Shown: positions 26,804 to 35,445 of the stretch, piece by piece
Numbering within the stretch: position 1 is the stretch's first letter
Layout: every line of letters begins with the position of its first letter
Virus record (IMG/VR): IMGVR_UViG_3300033067_001119
Coordinates: 10,453-74,452 of that record
Direction: 5' to 3' (one strand)
From: a virus
Lineage: Duplodnaviria > Caudoviricetes
Length of the DNA stretch: 64,000 bases
Notes under the pieces: generated by a model
Told to the model about the DNA's origin: nothing
Seen by the model: the letters and a program-made list of their open reading frames with translations, nothing else
The model's database searches: none
Position numbers and translations under genes: made by a program

Positions 26804-27137
26804 CTAGTTGAGGATTTTCATTCCGAGAACCTTGCGCATCTCCGGCGACAGCTGCCTTGCGGCTTCCTGCCCTGACGGGCTGCGCATCCATTCGTCGCTT
26901 TCGTCCTTGGTCGCATCAAACTCGCCACTGGCGACGCGAGCGGCGAATTTCGCGAAGCCGGCGGCTGTCAGCTCCGAATACAATTGCGTGATCGGACAGA
27001 CAATAGGTGTCCGCATAGTCGTCAAATTCGCCGGTTGCCGCGCGCACGGCGAAAGCCTCATACTTCGCGGCGTTCGCTGGCGATGCCTGGGCGGCGATCT
27101 TGCGCAGTTCGCTTGCTAGTCTCTCGCGGGTTTTCAT
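26804..27137 (-). pseudogene. hypothetical gene apparently split by a 1-nt frameshift near 27003
   Basis: Frame A (MKTRERL...GEFDDYADTY) continues in frame B (VCPITQL...GEFDATK); the halves share a RxAxGEFD repeat. Confidence 0.55.
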
Positions 27138-27165
27138 GTTGTGCCCTTGGTGGTGTAGTAGGTTG

Positions 27166-27396
27166 TCAAAATTGCTCGTTCTCTTTCACAATCGCCGTGA
27201 TCGGTGCGCGCCAAACCATCGGGTTTGTTCGCATTCCTTGTGCAATGAACTCGGCGCAGCGGAACGCATCCGCCATGCCCTCGGCGCGCACGGCAAACTT
27301 CTGCGTTCGGTCGCCGGCAGCGAGCTGGTCCTTGTCAGCTCCGTTGCCCGTGGAATGCGGCCACGCCTCGATTGTCACCAGCCAGCGGTCGGTCAT
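27166..27396 (-). CDS. hypothetical protein
   Basis: 76-aa coupled ORF. Confidence 0.55.
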   Translation of the reverse strand: MTDRWLVTIEAWPHSTGNGADKDQLAAGDRTQKFAVRAEGMADAFRCAEFIAQGMRTNPMVWRAPITAIVKENEQF

Positions 27397-27578
27397 CGCT
27401 TCGTGTCCTCGGCGGTCTTGAAGGAATGGTTGCGCTCTCGCTCTGCGAGGTGGGCCGCCTTTTCTTCGGGCGTCCGCTTGCGATACCAGTGAGTGAGCGG
27501 CGTGAAGCGGACTTCGTAATCGTCCACCATGCCCTCATAATATTTGCCGGGCGGGAAGCCCCGTTTCCACTCAGCCAT
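27393..27578 (-). CDS. hypothetical protein
   Basis: ATG 27578 after GGAGAG. Confidence 0.5.
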   Translation of the reverse strand: MAEWKRGFPPGKYYEGMVDDYEVRFTPLTHWYRKRTPEEKAAHLAERERNHSFKTAEDTKR

Positions 27579-27626
27579 TCGGCTCTCCCTTGGCAGACGC
27601 ATGTGCGGTCTTGGGGGCGAGGTTGT

Positions 27627-27851
27627 TCATGGATTCAGGGTGTAAATTTCTTGGGCTAGATGCAGCGGAATTATCACGTCGGCTCGATCATCCTCGTAGA
27701 TGACGCTTGCGACCAGATAGAACCCCATTGGCCCCGGAAGCTGGTTAACGCCAATGCCCATTACTCCTTTGGCACCAGCCCTATAGTGATCGCCCGCTGG
27801 CGTGATTATGCCTGTCAGTCTATCGCCTACGACCAGTAGTTCTCGGCTCAT
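27627..27851 (-). CDS. hypothetical protein
   Basis: 74-aa coupled ORF. Confidence 0.55.
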   Translation of the reverse strand: MSRELLVVGDRLTGIITPAGDHYRAGAKGVMGIGVNQLPGPMGFYLVASVIYEDDRADVIIPLHLAQEIYTLNP

Positions 27852-28054
27852 CGCTTCTCTCCTTCGGCAGACGCCTGTGCGGTCTTAAGGGAACGGATGA
27901 TTGCTGCGGCGCTGCCAAGGGTTATTGAGAACCGCTTGTCTGGCATGTGAGACTCTATCTCTAGCGCGCATTCCTCAATGATGCCGTTCCGTATCTCGGC
28001 GTCGGATGGCTGCGCGGCTAACCACGCCAAGATGCTATCTTGCCCCTCGATCAT
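27848..28054 (-). CDS. hypothetical protein
   Basis: 68-aa coupled ORF. Confidence 0.5.
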   Translation of the reverse strand: MIEGQDSILAWLAAQPSDAEIRNGIIEECALEIESHMPDKRFSITLGSAAAIIRSLKTAQASAEGEKR

Positions 28055-28085
28055 TGGTCCCCCTTGGCAGACGCATGGGCGAACA

Positions 28086-28346
28086 TCACGCGCTCCCCTT
28101 GCTGCGCATCACCTGTTCAATAGCTTGGGCGTTGCCCGTCTCGATGTTCTTGATGACGATCTCAAGGGCGCGCTCGCGTGTCATGGTGCGCTGATCCTGC
28201 ATCGCCATCAGCTTGCCCACCATGTTCGCTGCGACCGCTAGAATTTCCTCCGCGCTCATGGCGTTGGCGTAGCGCCCGATGATCGCCGCCATGTCCTGAT
28301 AGGCGGCCTCGTGTTCCGGCTTGGCCTGTACGACGCGACCGCTCAT
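28086..28346 (-). CDS. hypothetical protein
   Basis: ATG 28346 coupled to the upstream stop. Confidence 0.55.
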   Translation of the reverse strand: MSGRVVQAKPEHEAAYQDMAAIIGRYANAMSAEEILAVAANMVGKLMAMQDQRTMTRERALEIVIKNIETGNAQAIEQVMRSKGSA

Positions 28347-28669
28347 GTCCCCACCTTCTCGCTTGTGCCATCCCAAACGAACTCGCCGTCAGCGCCGACC
28401 GGGAAGTGCGCGCTGCATCCGCAGCAAAACGTCCCACTATAGAAGTCCGGCTGGCGGGCATAGGTCTCTGCGAGCGTTTGCCCCATCGTGGTGACGACGC
28501 CGCATTTCAGGTGCTTGTAGGATCGCCTGACGGGCCGCACAAAGCCCTTGGCGCGCTCCTCCTCGGCCAGCACGACGTAATCGTTCTGCTGCCCGTTTGG
28601 TTTCAGGTTGCGATGCTCGGGGTAGATTTGCCGACCATCGGTAAGCGTGCGGCGCGGTGCGTCAGTCAT
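28343..28669 (-). CDS. Zn-ribbon hypothetical protein
   Basis: YKHLKCGVVTTM...GTFCCGC. Confidence 0.65.
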   Translation of the reverse strand: MTDAPRRTLTDGRQIYPEHRNLKPNGQQNDYVVLAEEERAKGFVRPVRRSYKHLKCGVVTTMGQTLAETYARQPDFYSGTFCCGCSAHFPVGADGEFVWDGTSEKVGT

Positions 28670-28980
28670 TGGTCGGTCTTTCCTATGTCGTCAGTCAGGG
28701 CGGTCCGGATACGGTCGTGCGCGTCGTAGCCGAGACCGCCCCTGCGGTTCAGCCATTCAAGCGTCTCTCTCGCCTTCGCAAGCCGCGTCGAAGCCGCTTC
28801 CGCCCGGTCGAATAGGCGCTGGTTTTCTGCGGCGTAACTGTCGCAGACGCGCACCATTTCAGCATTCTCGGACTGTGCCTTCACAAGCTGTGAAAGCGCA
28901 CTATCGCGCTCGCGAGCCGTAACGGCCAAGAGCCTCGCCAGCAGCCGCGCCCCGATCAGAAAGTCGTCAATCATTTTCAT
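28666..28980 (-). CDS. coiled-coil hypothetical protein
   Basis: ATG 28980. Confidence 0.5.
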   Translation of the reverse strand: MKMIDDFLIGARLLARLLAVTARERDSALSQLVKAQSENAEMVRVCDSYAAENQRLFDRAEAASTRLAKARETLEWLNRRGGLGYDAHDRIRTALTDDIGKTDQ

Positions 28981-29083
28981 CGCGTCCCCCACATCAGCAA
29001 AACCAGAGCCGGAAACAGGCAGGCCATCGCAGGCACGCGCCACCACTCCGATTGCTCCCACTTTTTATCGCGCTCGTAATCGG

Positions 29084-29359
29084 TCATGGCGACGCCGGAT
29101 GCTGGGGATCGGGCGAATGGTCGAACTCGTAGCCCGGCCAATCGGGGAACTGCGGCATCTCCCCATGGGCGTCATGATGACGTAGTATCATCCACGCCAG
29201 CCGGGCGATGTAGAGCGGAATCTGGAACTTGCCGTGCTCATACTTGCGCAGGCGAAACTCGTTGTTGCTGTCGGTGCCGGTGTAGCCAATCAAGCGAGCG
29301 AACTCGACCCGGTCCATGCCGATGGTGCCCCTGATTCGCGCCAGTTCCTTGCCGTCCAT
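29084..29359 (-). CDS. XRE-type helix-turn-helix protein
   Basis: ELARIRGTIGMDRVEFARLIGY...LRKYEHGK..IP. Confidence 0.65.
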   Translation of the reverse strand: MDGKELARIRGTIGMDRVEFARLIGYTGTDSNNEFRLRKYEHGKFQIPLYIARLAWMILRHHDAHGEMPQFPDWPGYEFDHSPDPQHPASP

Positions 29360-29360
29360 G

Positions 29361-29618
29361 TCAGCACCATCCCCTTCGGATCGCGTAGCGGAGCCAGTTG
29401 TTGTAGCCGGTCGACACCAGCCCGTAGCGGGACCAGTACCAGTCCTCGTAAGTGTCGACGGCAGCATACCATGCCCAGCGGGCGTGCCGGACGCCCCAGA
29501 GCCTCGCCAAGGGGTTTGCCGGGTCGGGCAGGGTCCAGCCCCGCCTGAGCCCACAATCGAACCAGAGGCAATCTCTGGTCGTCTGGAGGTATGTGTAGCC
29601 CCAGTCTGCCGTTCCCAT
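29361..29618 (-). CDS. Trp/Tyr-rich hypothetical protein
   Basis: ATG 29618, downstream of a promoter-hairpin element. Confidence 0.5.
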   Translation of the reverse strand: MGTADWGYTYLQTTRDCLWFDCGLRRGWTLPDPANPLARLWGVRHARWAWYAAVDTYEDWYWSRYGLVSTGYNNWLRYAIRRGWC

Positions 29619-29651
29619 TGCCGCCTTCCTACGCCTTGGTGCTTTTCTCCG

Positions 29652-29716
29652 GAGCCCCAATGGCTCGCAGGCAGGACCATCTCATATCCTGATGTCGCAG
29701 TCAACAGCTAGTTTAC
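29652..29716 (-). promoter_or_regulatory. promoter plus GAGCC-N5-GGCTC hairpin (copy 2 of 4)
   Basis: GTAAAC-TAGCTG-TTGACT-N17-GATGGT then GAGCCATTGGGGCTC. Confidence 0.6.
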
Positions 29717-30018
29717 TTCAGGGCGCGCTTCAGCAGCTCGACGTCGGCGTAGATCAGCCGGGTCATCTTCTTGCCGGAGGCCTGCCCGAGGCCGGGATAC
29801 ATGATCGCCAGCCGGATCAGATCATTGGCGGTGTCGGCCTTGGCGACGTGGTCGCGGTGGAAAGCATACTGCTCGTAGTCGCCAAATGCTCGGCTGAGGC
29901 TGGCGTTGCGCACCTTGCGGTCCATATCGGCCATGGCAGCCGCCCAGATCGACGACGGCTTCAACTCCATCAGCTTGGTGCCGTATCTTTCGAGCAGGAC
30001 ACTTGGCATGGCCTTCAA
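29713..30018 (-). CDS. hypothetical protein
   Basis: 101-aa ORF. Confidence 0.55.
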   Translation of the reverse strand: MKAMPSVLLERYGTKLMELKPSSIWAAAMADMDRKVRNASLSRAFGDYEQYAFHRDHVAKADTANDLIRLAIMYPGLGQASGKKMTRLIYADVELLKRALK

Positions 30019-30024
30019 TCCATC

Positions 30025-30080
30025 AAAAATGGCCCGGGAGGGCTGTCTGGGGCTGGGGGCTGACGATCAGCCCTCCCGGG
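30025..30080 (-). terminator. probable terminator after the DUF932 gene
   Basis: 13-bp inverted repeat CCCGGGAGGGCTG/CAGCCCTCCCGGG followed by ATTTTT on minus strand. Confidence 0.5.
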
Positions 30081-30090
30081 TTTGGGCCGC

Positions 30091-31146
30091 TTACGCGGCT
30101 TCCAGAACCTCCCGCCAGTCGTTGGCCGGGAGATCGATCAGCTTGCCGCCCATGGCCTCGAACTCCACAGAACGGTCGTAGTCGGCGATGCCGTGCGCCT
30201 GATGGGTGACGGCATTGACGATGCCCCAGCGGGATAGGTCGCCGCCCTCGATCAGGGAGCGCAGGATGCCGCCGCGCTCGCCGTCAGTGACGCCCAGCTT
30301 GCGCGAGAGGACCTCGACGGCCTTGACCGGGTCGCCGGTGACACCCTGCTGGGTGAGGCCCTGCAGCTGCTCCAGCTTCTTGGTGAAGAAGTCGGAGGAC
30401 AGATAGCCAGCGACGGTGTCGCGGACCTTGAGCAGGATCGCCTTGTCGTCGGCGGCGCGGGTGTCGTCCTTGTAGAGGTCCTCGTTGTCGTCGATCCGGC
30501 GGCCGATGTGGGACGCGCGGAACGTCTCGGGCAGGATCAGCCCGTTCAGGCAGGCGAGGCGGTAGAACATCGCCTTGACGCTGACGGAGCCGTGGCCGGT
30601 CTCGCTGTTGGAGATGATCAGCCCGGCCTGCACAACGTCGCCGCGCTTGACCTCGCCGACCAACCGGTCAGTCGTGACCTGCAGGTACATCCGGCGCTCG
30701 GTGATCTGGCTCGATGCCACCTTGATGCCGGGGACGCTCAGGAGCACGGGCAGCGCAACTTCGGCGATCTCCTCGTGGTCGATGCGCTGGTATTTGTTGG
30801 AGTGCAGCGAGCGCATGTTGCCGCTGAGGGCGCGGACGAGGCGCTTGTCGTTGGTGCACTTGCTGAGCCAAGTGTTGACGTTGTCGGCGAGGAGCTTGGG
30901 GCTCTCGGCGAGCATGCGGTCATAATACTTGGCGGGGATGTCGGTGTAGCCACCGATCTGGTCGTGAGCCATCGGACGGATGGGCATCACGGAGTAGGAC
31001 GAGTCGCTGGTGGGAACCTGCATCTCGACGTTCTCACCCTGAACCACCATTTCGAGGCCCTTGGAGGGAACGATGTAGTCCTGCTTGGCGGCAGCGTTCG
31101 ATTCGATCTGCGCGGCCAGCTGGGTGAGGGAAAGTCCGGTCTTCAT
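30091..31146 (-). CDS. DUF932-family protein
   Basis: MKTGLSL.QLA...LHSNKYQRIDH...GLIISNSETGHGSVSV...RLACLNG; has its own promoter. Confidence 0.75.
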   Translation of the reverse strand: MKTGLSLTQLAAQIESNAAAKQDYIVPSKGLEMVVQGENVEMQVPTSDSSYSVMPIRPMAHDQIGGYTDIPAKYYDRMLAESPKLLADNVNTWLSKCTNDKRLVRALSGNMRSLHSNKYQRIDHEEIAEVALPVLLSVPGIKVASSQITERRMYLQVTTDRLVGEVKRGDVVQAGLIISNSETGHGSVSVKAMFYRLACLNGLILPETFRASHIGRRIDDNEDLYKDDTRAADDKAILLKVRDTVAGYLSSDFFTKKLEQLQGLTQQGVTGDPVKAVEVLSRKLGVTDGERGGILRSLIEGGDLSRWGIVNAVTHQAHGIADYDRSVEFEAMGGKLIDLPANDWREVLEAA

Positions 31147-31170
31147 GATGCTTTTGCTCCTTGTTGCGCC

Positions 31171-31237
31171 GAGCCCCAATGGCTCGCGACCCCCGCTGTA
31201 TCTCACAACGGAGGCCGCGTGTCAACAGGATGTTTAC
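31171..31237 (-). promoter_or_regulatory. promoter plus GAGCC-N5-GGCTC hairpin (copy 3 of 4)
   Basis: GTAAAC-ATCCTG-TTGACA-N17-GATACA then GAGCCATTGGGGCTC. Confidence 0.7.
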
Positions 31238-31318
31238 TCAGGCCGCCTGCTTCGCTGTCAGCTTGGCAAACACGCGCACGCCTTGTTTTACAGGGTCACG
31301 CCTGCGACAACATGTCCA

Positions 31319-31480
31319 TCAGTGGTCGTCGGGAAATTTGTCTGCCATCTCGGCCAACATCTTGGTTTCGGCCCTGCTGACCAGCTCATGCAACACCATC
31401 AGCTCCTCGGCGTCGAGCAGCGATACATGCGCCAGCAAATTCTCGATGACCTGCCGATACTCCTGCGCGCGAGTGTTCAT
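31319..31480 (-). CDS. hypothetical protein (53 aa)
   Basis: ATG overlaps the helicase stop. Confidence 0.45.
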   Translation of the reverse strand: MNTRAQEYRQVIENLLAHVSLLDAEELMVLHELVSRAETKMLAEMADKFPDDH

Positions 31481-32310
31481 ATCGCCTGCCCTCCACCGTG
31501 CTGCTCGCGGAAGATGCCGGTCTCCTCGTCGACCAAGAAAATGCAGTGGCCGAGCCTGCCGCCGAACGGACGTTCGCGAACCTTTGCCGAGATCACCGTC
31601 GCCTCCGGCTTGCCGGGGTCGGCCTTCAGGATCAGTCCGTTGTCGCACTTGTTGAACCAGTGCGCGCTGCCCTCGATGTCGTACAGCGTCGGCGTGCGCG
31701 TCTTGCCGTCCTTGGCGATGTCCTTTGTTGGGTGGGCAACCATGAACATGGTGCAGCCGGTCTCGCGGGCAAACATCTTCACCCGCATCAGGCAGCGCCC
31801 GATGTAGTCGGTCATGTTCTCGTCGCGAGCCCGCGCACGCTCCAGCTCGTTCCACGGATCGATCAGGACGTAGTTGATCTTGTCCTTCAGCCAAGCGTGG
31901 TAGGCGTTGTCCAGTATCCACTCAATCGTCCGCGGCTCCTCGCCGTAGTGGTGATAATCCGAAGACTGGACGAAGCAGTGGCTCGCAGCGAACTTCGCAA
32001 ACTGCCGGTCTTGGTTGTTGAACATCCGCTGCAGCTTCTGCAACAGGTTGGCCTCGTTCTCCGGGACATACATCCACGCCCGGTGATTGTGCACCCAGCA
32101 CAGGTTGATGATCAGGTTGAACAGGAACGTCGACTTGCCGCTGCCGGGGTTGCCGGTGCAGACGATGAACTGCCCGGGATAGATTTTGAGGATCGCATCC
32201 AGCTCCACCCAGCCGGTCGACTTGGCGGACGTGAGCAGCGATTCGCGCTGCGGAAGTTCAGCGAGCGAGTAGTAGCCGGGGATGCCATGGCGGGGAAATG
32301 GGATCGTCAT
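31477..32310 (-). CDS. SF4 (DnaB/T7 gp4-like) helicase domain
   Basis: TGNPGSGKST Walker A, VLIDPWN Walker B, MVAHP, YDIEGSAHWFNKCD. Confidence 0.85.
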   Translation of the reverse strand: MTIPFPRHGIPGYYSLAELPQRESLLTSAKSTGWVELDAILKIYPGQFIVCTGNPGSGKSTFLFNLIINLCWVHNHRAWMYVPENEANLLQKLQRMFNNQDRQFAKFAASHCFVQSSDYHHYGEEPRTIEWILDNAYHAWLKDKINYVLIDPWNELERARARDENMTDYIGRCLMRVKMFARETGCTMFMVAHPTKDIAKDGKTRTPTLYDIEGSAHWFNKCDNGLILKADPGKPEATVISAKVRERPFGGRLGHCIFLVDEETGIFREQHGGGQAI

Positions 32311-33035
32311 ACCAGCACCGACCTGATGTCGAACTGCGGTGCAGCGACAACAGCCCCTCCGTTCACAAAATTTTCAAACCGGCGCTGGGACAGGTACCGG
32401 CAGCTATCGACCCAGAACTGTGGATCACGGACACTGGCCTTGTATTGATCAATGGCTTTGCAGGCGTCGTTCCGGTCCTCTGGTGAGAGAGCCCTCCACT
32501 GCTTCCATGCGTCTGCCTTTGACCCCTTTGCGTACCGGCTCCAAAACCGGTCTTCAAAATCCTGAGAGTACGGAGGCTTCTTCCGCAGCGATGCGCCAGC
32601 ATCGCCAAGAGATTCTTTCTTCTCTAGTCTAGTCTTCTCTATTAGGCTTCGATCATCTTTAAGCGACGCTTGAGCCACATTGTTTATTTCCAATGGCTTA
32701 TGAGCCGAGGAACGTACCTCAGCGGACTTGAGACCTCCCTTAGAAGCGTTGAGGCGGTTCTCTGAAACTTTTTCGAGTTCTTTTTTTGCCCGAGAATTGC
32801 TGAGACGACCCTCTGAGAGGGCCAGCTTACCGTCGTCTAGGAGGGCTTTAAGGTTGGCCCGGAACGACCTGATCGACTGCTTGCAGCGACCGGCTATGCC
32901 GTGCTCGTTGAGCTTGATCGGACCCTCGGCCAAATAGATCAGCTGACAGACGACATGGTAGACCCGATACGGACCATCATCGAGGTCCTCGGTGCCATCC
33001 ATCCAGTCTGGAATGTCGTGCTTGTAGAAGTCCAT
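32307..33035 (-). CDS. replication initiator (YdaU/DUF1376-like N-terminus)
   Basis: MDFYKHDIPDWMDGTEDL...GPY, followed by a helicase; AT-richer central segment. Confidence 0.7.
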   Translation of the reverse strand: MDFYKHDIPDWMDGTEDLDDGPYRVYHVVCQLIYLAEGPIKLNEHGIAGRCKQSIRSFRANLKALLDDGKLALSEGRLSNSRAKKELEKVSENRLNASKGGLKSAEVRSSAHKPLEINNVAQASLKDDRSLIEKTRLEKKESLGDAGASLRKKPPYSQDFEDRFWSRYAKGSKADAWKQWRALSPEDRNDACKAIDQYKASVRDPQFWVDSCRYLSQRRFENFVNGGAVVAAPQFDIRSVLV

Positions 33036-33068
33036 TGGAACAACCCCTTCCTGAGCGGATTGGGGCTG

Positions 33069-33097
33069 TTGACGGGAGAAGGGTAAACCCTTATTTT
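33069..33097 (+). promoter_or_regulatory. sigma70-like promoter, antisense to the replication operon
   Basis: TTGACG-N17-TATTTT. Confidence 0.5.
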
Positions 33098-33103
33098 ACT
33101 CCC

Positions 33104-33178
33104 GCACACTACCCAATCGCCATCATCGATTGGTTTCAGGCCCCGAGAGGTTCACCGCCTCCGGGGCCTTTTCTTTTA
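33104..33178 (+). ncRNA. candidate ~75-nt counter-transcribed small RNA
   Basis: Promoter, hairpin CCAATCG-N7-CGATTGG, then GC hairpin plus TTTTCTTTT terminator; no ORF. Confidence 0.5.
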
Positions 33179-33200
33179 TCACTCCGAATCCACCTTGGAG

Positions 33201-33782
33201 TCAATCCCAGCTGATCCTGCTGATGGTCGCCGGGCCCCTATGATCGCCGTCAAAAACGAACCAAGCGAAGGGCACGGTGTTGGTCGAGCGCGGCCCTTCC
33301 CAGCCCTCCCTGTGCATGAAGGGAAGTCGGTTTCGGAAGATATGGACGCGCGCTAGATGCCCCCGGTCGAGGCACCAGAGCCGCGCCCGGCCCAGCTCCG
33401 TTTTCTGGTTTCCAGCCTCAAGGAAGGATAGCCGTAGTAGGGCGACGACGTAGGGACACAACATGAGGGCATGCCTGACGTGGATCGACGCAGCAGCATA
33501 TGGCGGGTTCATCACAATGCCGTCGACGCCAGATGGCACCTTCCGCGCCTGCAGGAAGTCGTAGGCTCCGGTCTGGAATGGGTAGTCCCGGTACTCGATG
33601 TCGGTGGCGACGACAGCATGTCCGGCATCCAATAAAATTTCTGCGATGGCACCCAGCCCGCAGTGTGGCTCCCAGATGCCATGGGGAAGGCGCTCGGCGC
33701 GAATCAGTGCGCGGGTGGCCTCCGGTGGGGTGCTGTAAAAATCCAGACCGCGCTCCGCGAGCGCGTGCCGTATCTTAACCAT
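33201..33782 (-). CDS. small N6-adenine DNA methyltransferase-like protein
   Basis: DFYSTPPE, IWEPHCGLGAI, ATDI, DFL, IVMNPPY. Confidence 0.75.
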   Translation of the reverse strand: MVKIRHALAERGLDFYSTPPEATRALIRAERLPHGIWEPHCGLGAIAEILLDAGHAVVATDIEYRDYPFQTGAYDFLQARKVPSGVDGIVMNPPYAAASIHVRHALMLCPYVVALLRLSFLEAGNQKTELGRARLWCLDRGHLARVHIFRNRLPFMHREGWEGPRSTNTVPFAWFVFDGDHRGPATISRISWD

Positions 33783-34254
33783 GAATAGGGAGGCTTTTGC
33801 GGTAATCTTCTCGCGCGGCGACAGCCTCCTCCAAAGTGGGATAGGTGCCGATGGTGATGTTCTTCCAGTTGAAGCCAATGACAGCACGATAGCCATCCCG
33901 GAACCTCTTTATCCCGGGAGCGCCGCTGGTGTTGTTTTTGTTGAGACCCTTCCGATTATGAAGGTTTACTAGAGGGGTGGTTACCCGAAGATTCACCCAC
34001 CTATTGTCGGCCTCTTGGCCATTGCGGTGATCTGTATGGCTTTTCTTCGGTGGCCACTTTCCAGTCATAAACAGCACCGCGAGGTGGTGACCGTAATAGG
34101 CCTCGTAGTCGATGGTGATCGTGACATAACCGCTTGCCATGACATAACCAGCGACATCGCCAACCTTCTTGTTGGCTCGGTCTATCTTGTAGGTGAACGC
34201 GCCCGTCTCTGGGTCATAATCCAACACCTGCTTCAGCCGCTCCTGCGTGAGCAT
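33775..34254 (-). CDS. HNH homing endonuclease with AP2-like C-terminus
   Basis: LTQERLKQVLDYDPETG...HTDHRNG..ADNRWVNLR; lower GC. Confidence 0.85.
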   Translation of the reverse strand: MLTQERLKQVLDYDPETGAFTYKIDRANKKVGDVAGYVMASGYVTITIDYEAYYGHHLAVLFMTGKWPPKKSHTDHRNGQEADNRWVNLRVTTPLVNLHNRKGLNKNNTSGAPGIKRFRDGYRAVIGFNWKNITIGTYPTLEEAVAAREDYRKSLPIHG

Positions 34255-34259
34255 ATTTC

Positions 34260-34703
34260 CTACTCCCAATCCCAAACACTGATGATCAGGCCCGGGTACG
34301 GCCCGTAATACTTCCGGAAGCTGGAGACGATGATCTGGCTGTCGTCTTTCCAGACGATCTTGTTGAGGGCGTCGCAGACCACCTTGCTGATGTTGTCGAA
34401 GTCGGGCTTCCCGGTTGGCATCAGATCGCCTGTAAGGGCCGCCTGTCGCTTTTTCTTACTCCAGCTGTCTGGGATGGCCATGCAGGCCTCGATCCGCACA
34501 GAGACGGCTCCCAACCTCATTGGCAAGGTGCCCATGCGGCGGGCCGCCTCGACTGCTACGGTCTCCTCGTAGGTCTTGGTCTTCTTGTCGGTCCAGACAC
34601 GGACGAACTCACCAGCTCGCCCAAAACGCGGACGACCCTTGCCCCGGGGCTGGCCGGAGACAAGGATCGTGACGAACGCGCCGGGCGTATCAGTGCTTGA
34701 GAT
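34260..34703 (-). CDS. rusA: RusA Holliday-junction resolvase
   Basis: QPRGKGRPRF...KPDFDNISKVVCDALN..VWKDDSQI; frame is open to ATC 34703, well upstream of the ORF-track start 34535. Confidence 0.85.
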   Translation of the reverse strand: MSSTDTPGAFVTILVSGQPRGKGRPRFGRAGEFVRVWTDKKTKTYEETVAVEAARRMGTLPMRLGAVSVRIEACMAIPDSWSKKKRQAALTGDLMPTGKPDFDNISKVVCDALNKIVWKDDSQIIVSSFRKYYGPYPGLIISVWDWE

Positions 34704-35415
34704 CGCCCTGCTCCGCGGCCTGCTGGCGCTTGTACTCTTCCCGGGTCATGGCGACGCCGGAGGCGGGCTGATCGAAAGCCGCAGCATCCTTGGCCTGCTC
34801 CGCCTCGCGCTTGGCCTTCTTCTCAGCCTGCTCCGTCAGGTCCTTCTGCACCTCCGGGTGCAACTTGGTGATGCCGCTCTTGACCCGGATTTCGGTGGCG
34901 TCGTGGTAGCCCTGCATGTACCGGCCATGCTGCGGGGTGGAGGGGTCGTAGGATGGCTTGGCGCTCTTGCCGCTCATGCTGTCGGTCTTGCCTTCCTCGT
35001 AGGCGCGGTCCTCGGCAGGCACCCGCTCGTCCTGCGAGAACAGGTCCAGCTGGGCCCCGAGATCGCAGCCCAGCCAGCGGGCGATCTGCAGGTTGCGAGC
35101 AATCGCCGCCTTCTTCTTTTTCTCGCCGTCTGCCGCCTGAATTTCAAAGGCGCAATCGAAGTCGACCTTCAGGAACCCGTCAGCCTTGGCGGTCTTGTAG
35201 GCATTGCGCAGGTTGGCGGTTGCCTTCGCCACCTTGTCCTTCAGGTCAGCGACCTTCGACAGGTGATGCAGGAACAGCGCCCGGTTCTGCTCGTCGGTGT
35301 CGTTGGCTCCCGGAGCCTTGACGGTGTCGGCCTTCGGGGCGGTCTTGGCGCGGCGTTCGGCCTTTGCGGCTGCCTTCTGGACGTCTTCCTTGGTCGGCTT
35401 CTTGCGGGGGGCCAT
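34690..35415 (-). CDS. GapR-like nucleoid protein with RMF-like C-terminal segment
   Basis: DLKDKVAKATANLRNAYKTAKADGF (GapR-like); RAYEEG...GKS...Y...RYMQGYHDA (RMF-like). Confidence 0.45.
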   Translation of the reverse strand: MAPRKKPTKEDVQKAAAKAERRAKTAPKADTVKAPGANDTDEQNRALFLHHLSKVADLKDKVAKATANLRNAYKTAKADGFLKVDFDCAFEIQAADGEKKKKAAIARNLQIARWLGCDLGAQLDLFSQDERVPAEDRAYEEGKTDSMSGKSAKPSYDPSTPQHGRYMQGYHDATEIRVKSGITKLHPEVQKDLTEQAEKKAKREAEQAKDAAAFDQPASGVAMTREEYKRQQAAEQGDLKH

Positions 35416-35445
35416 GCAGCAGTTCTCCGGTGATGTGAGAGGGGG

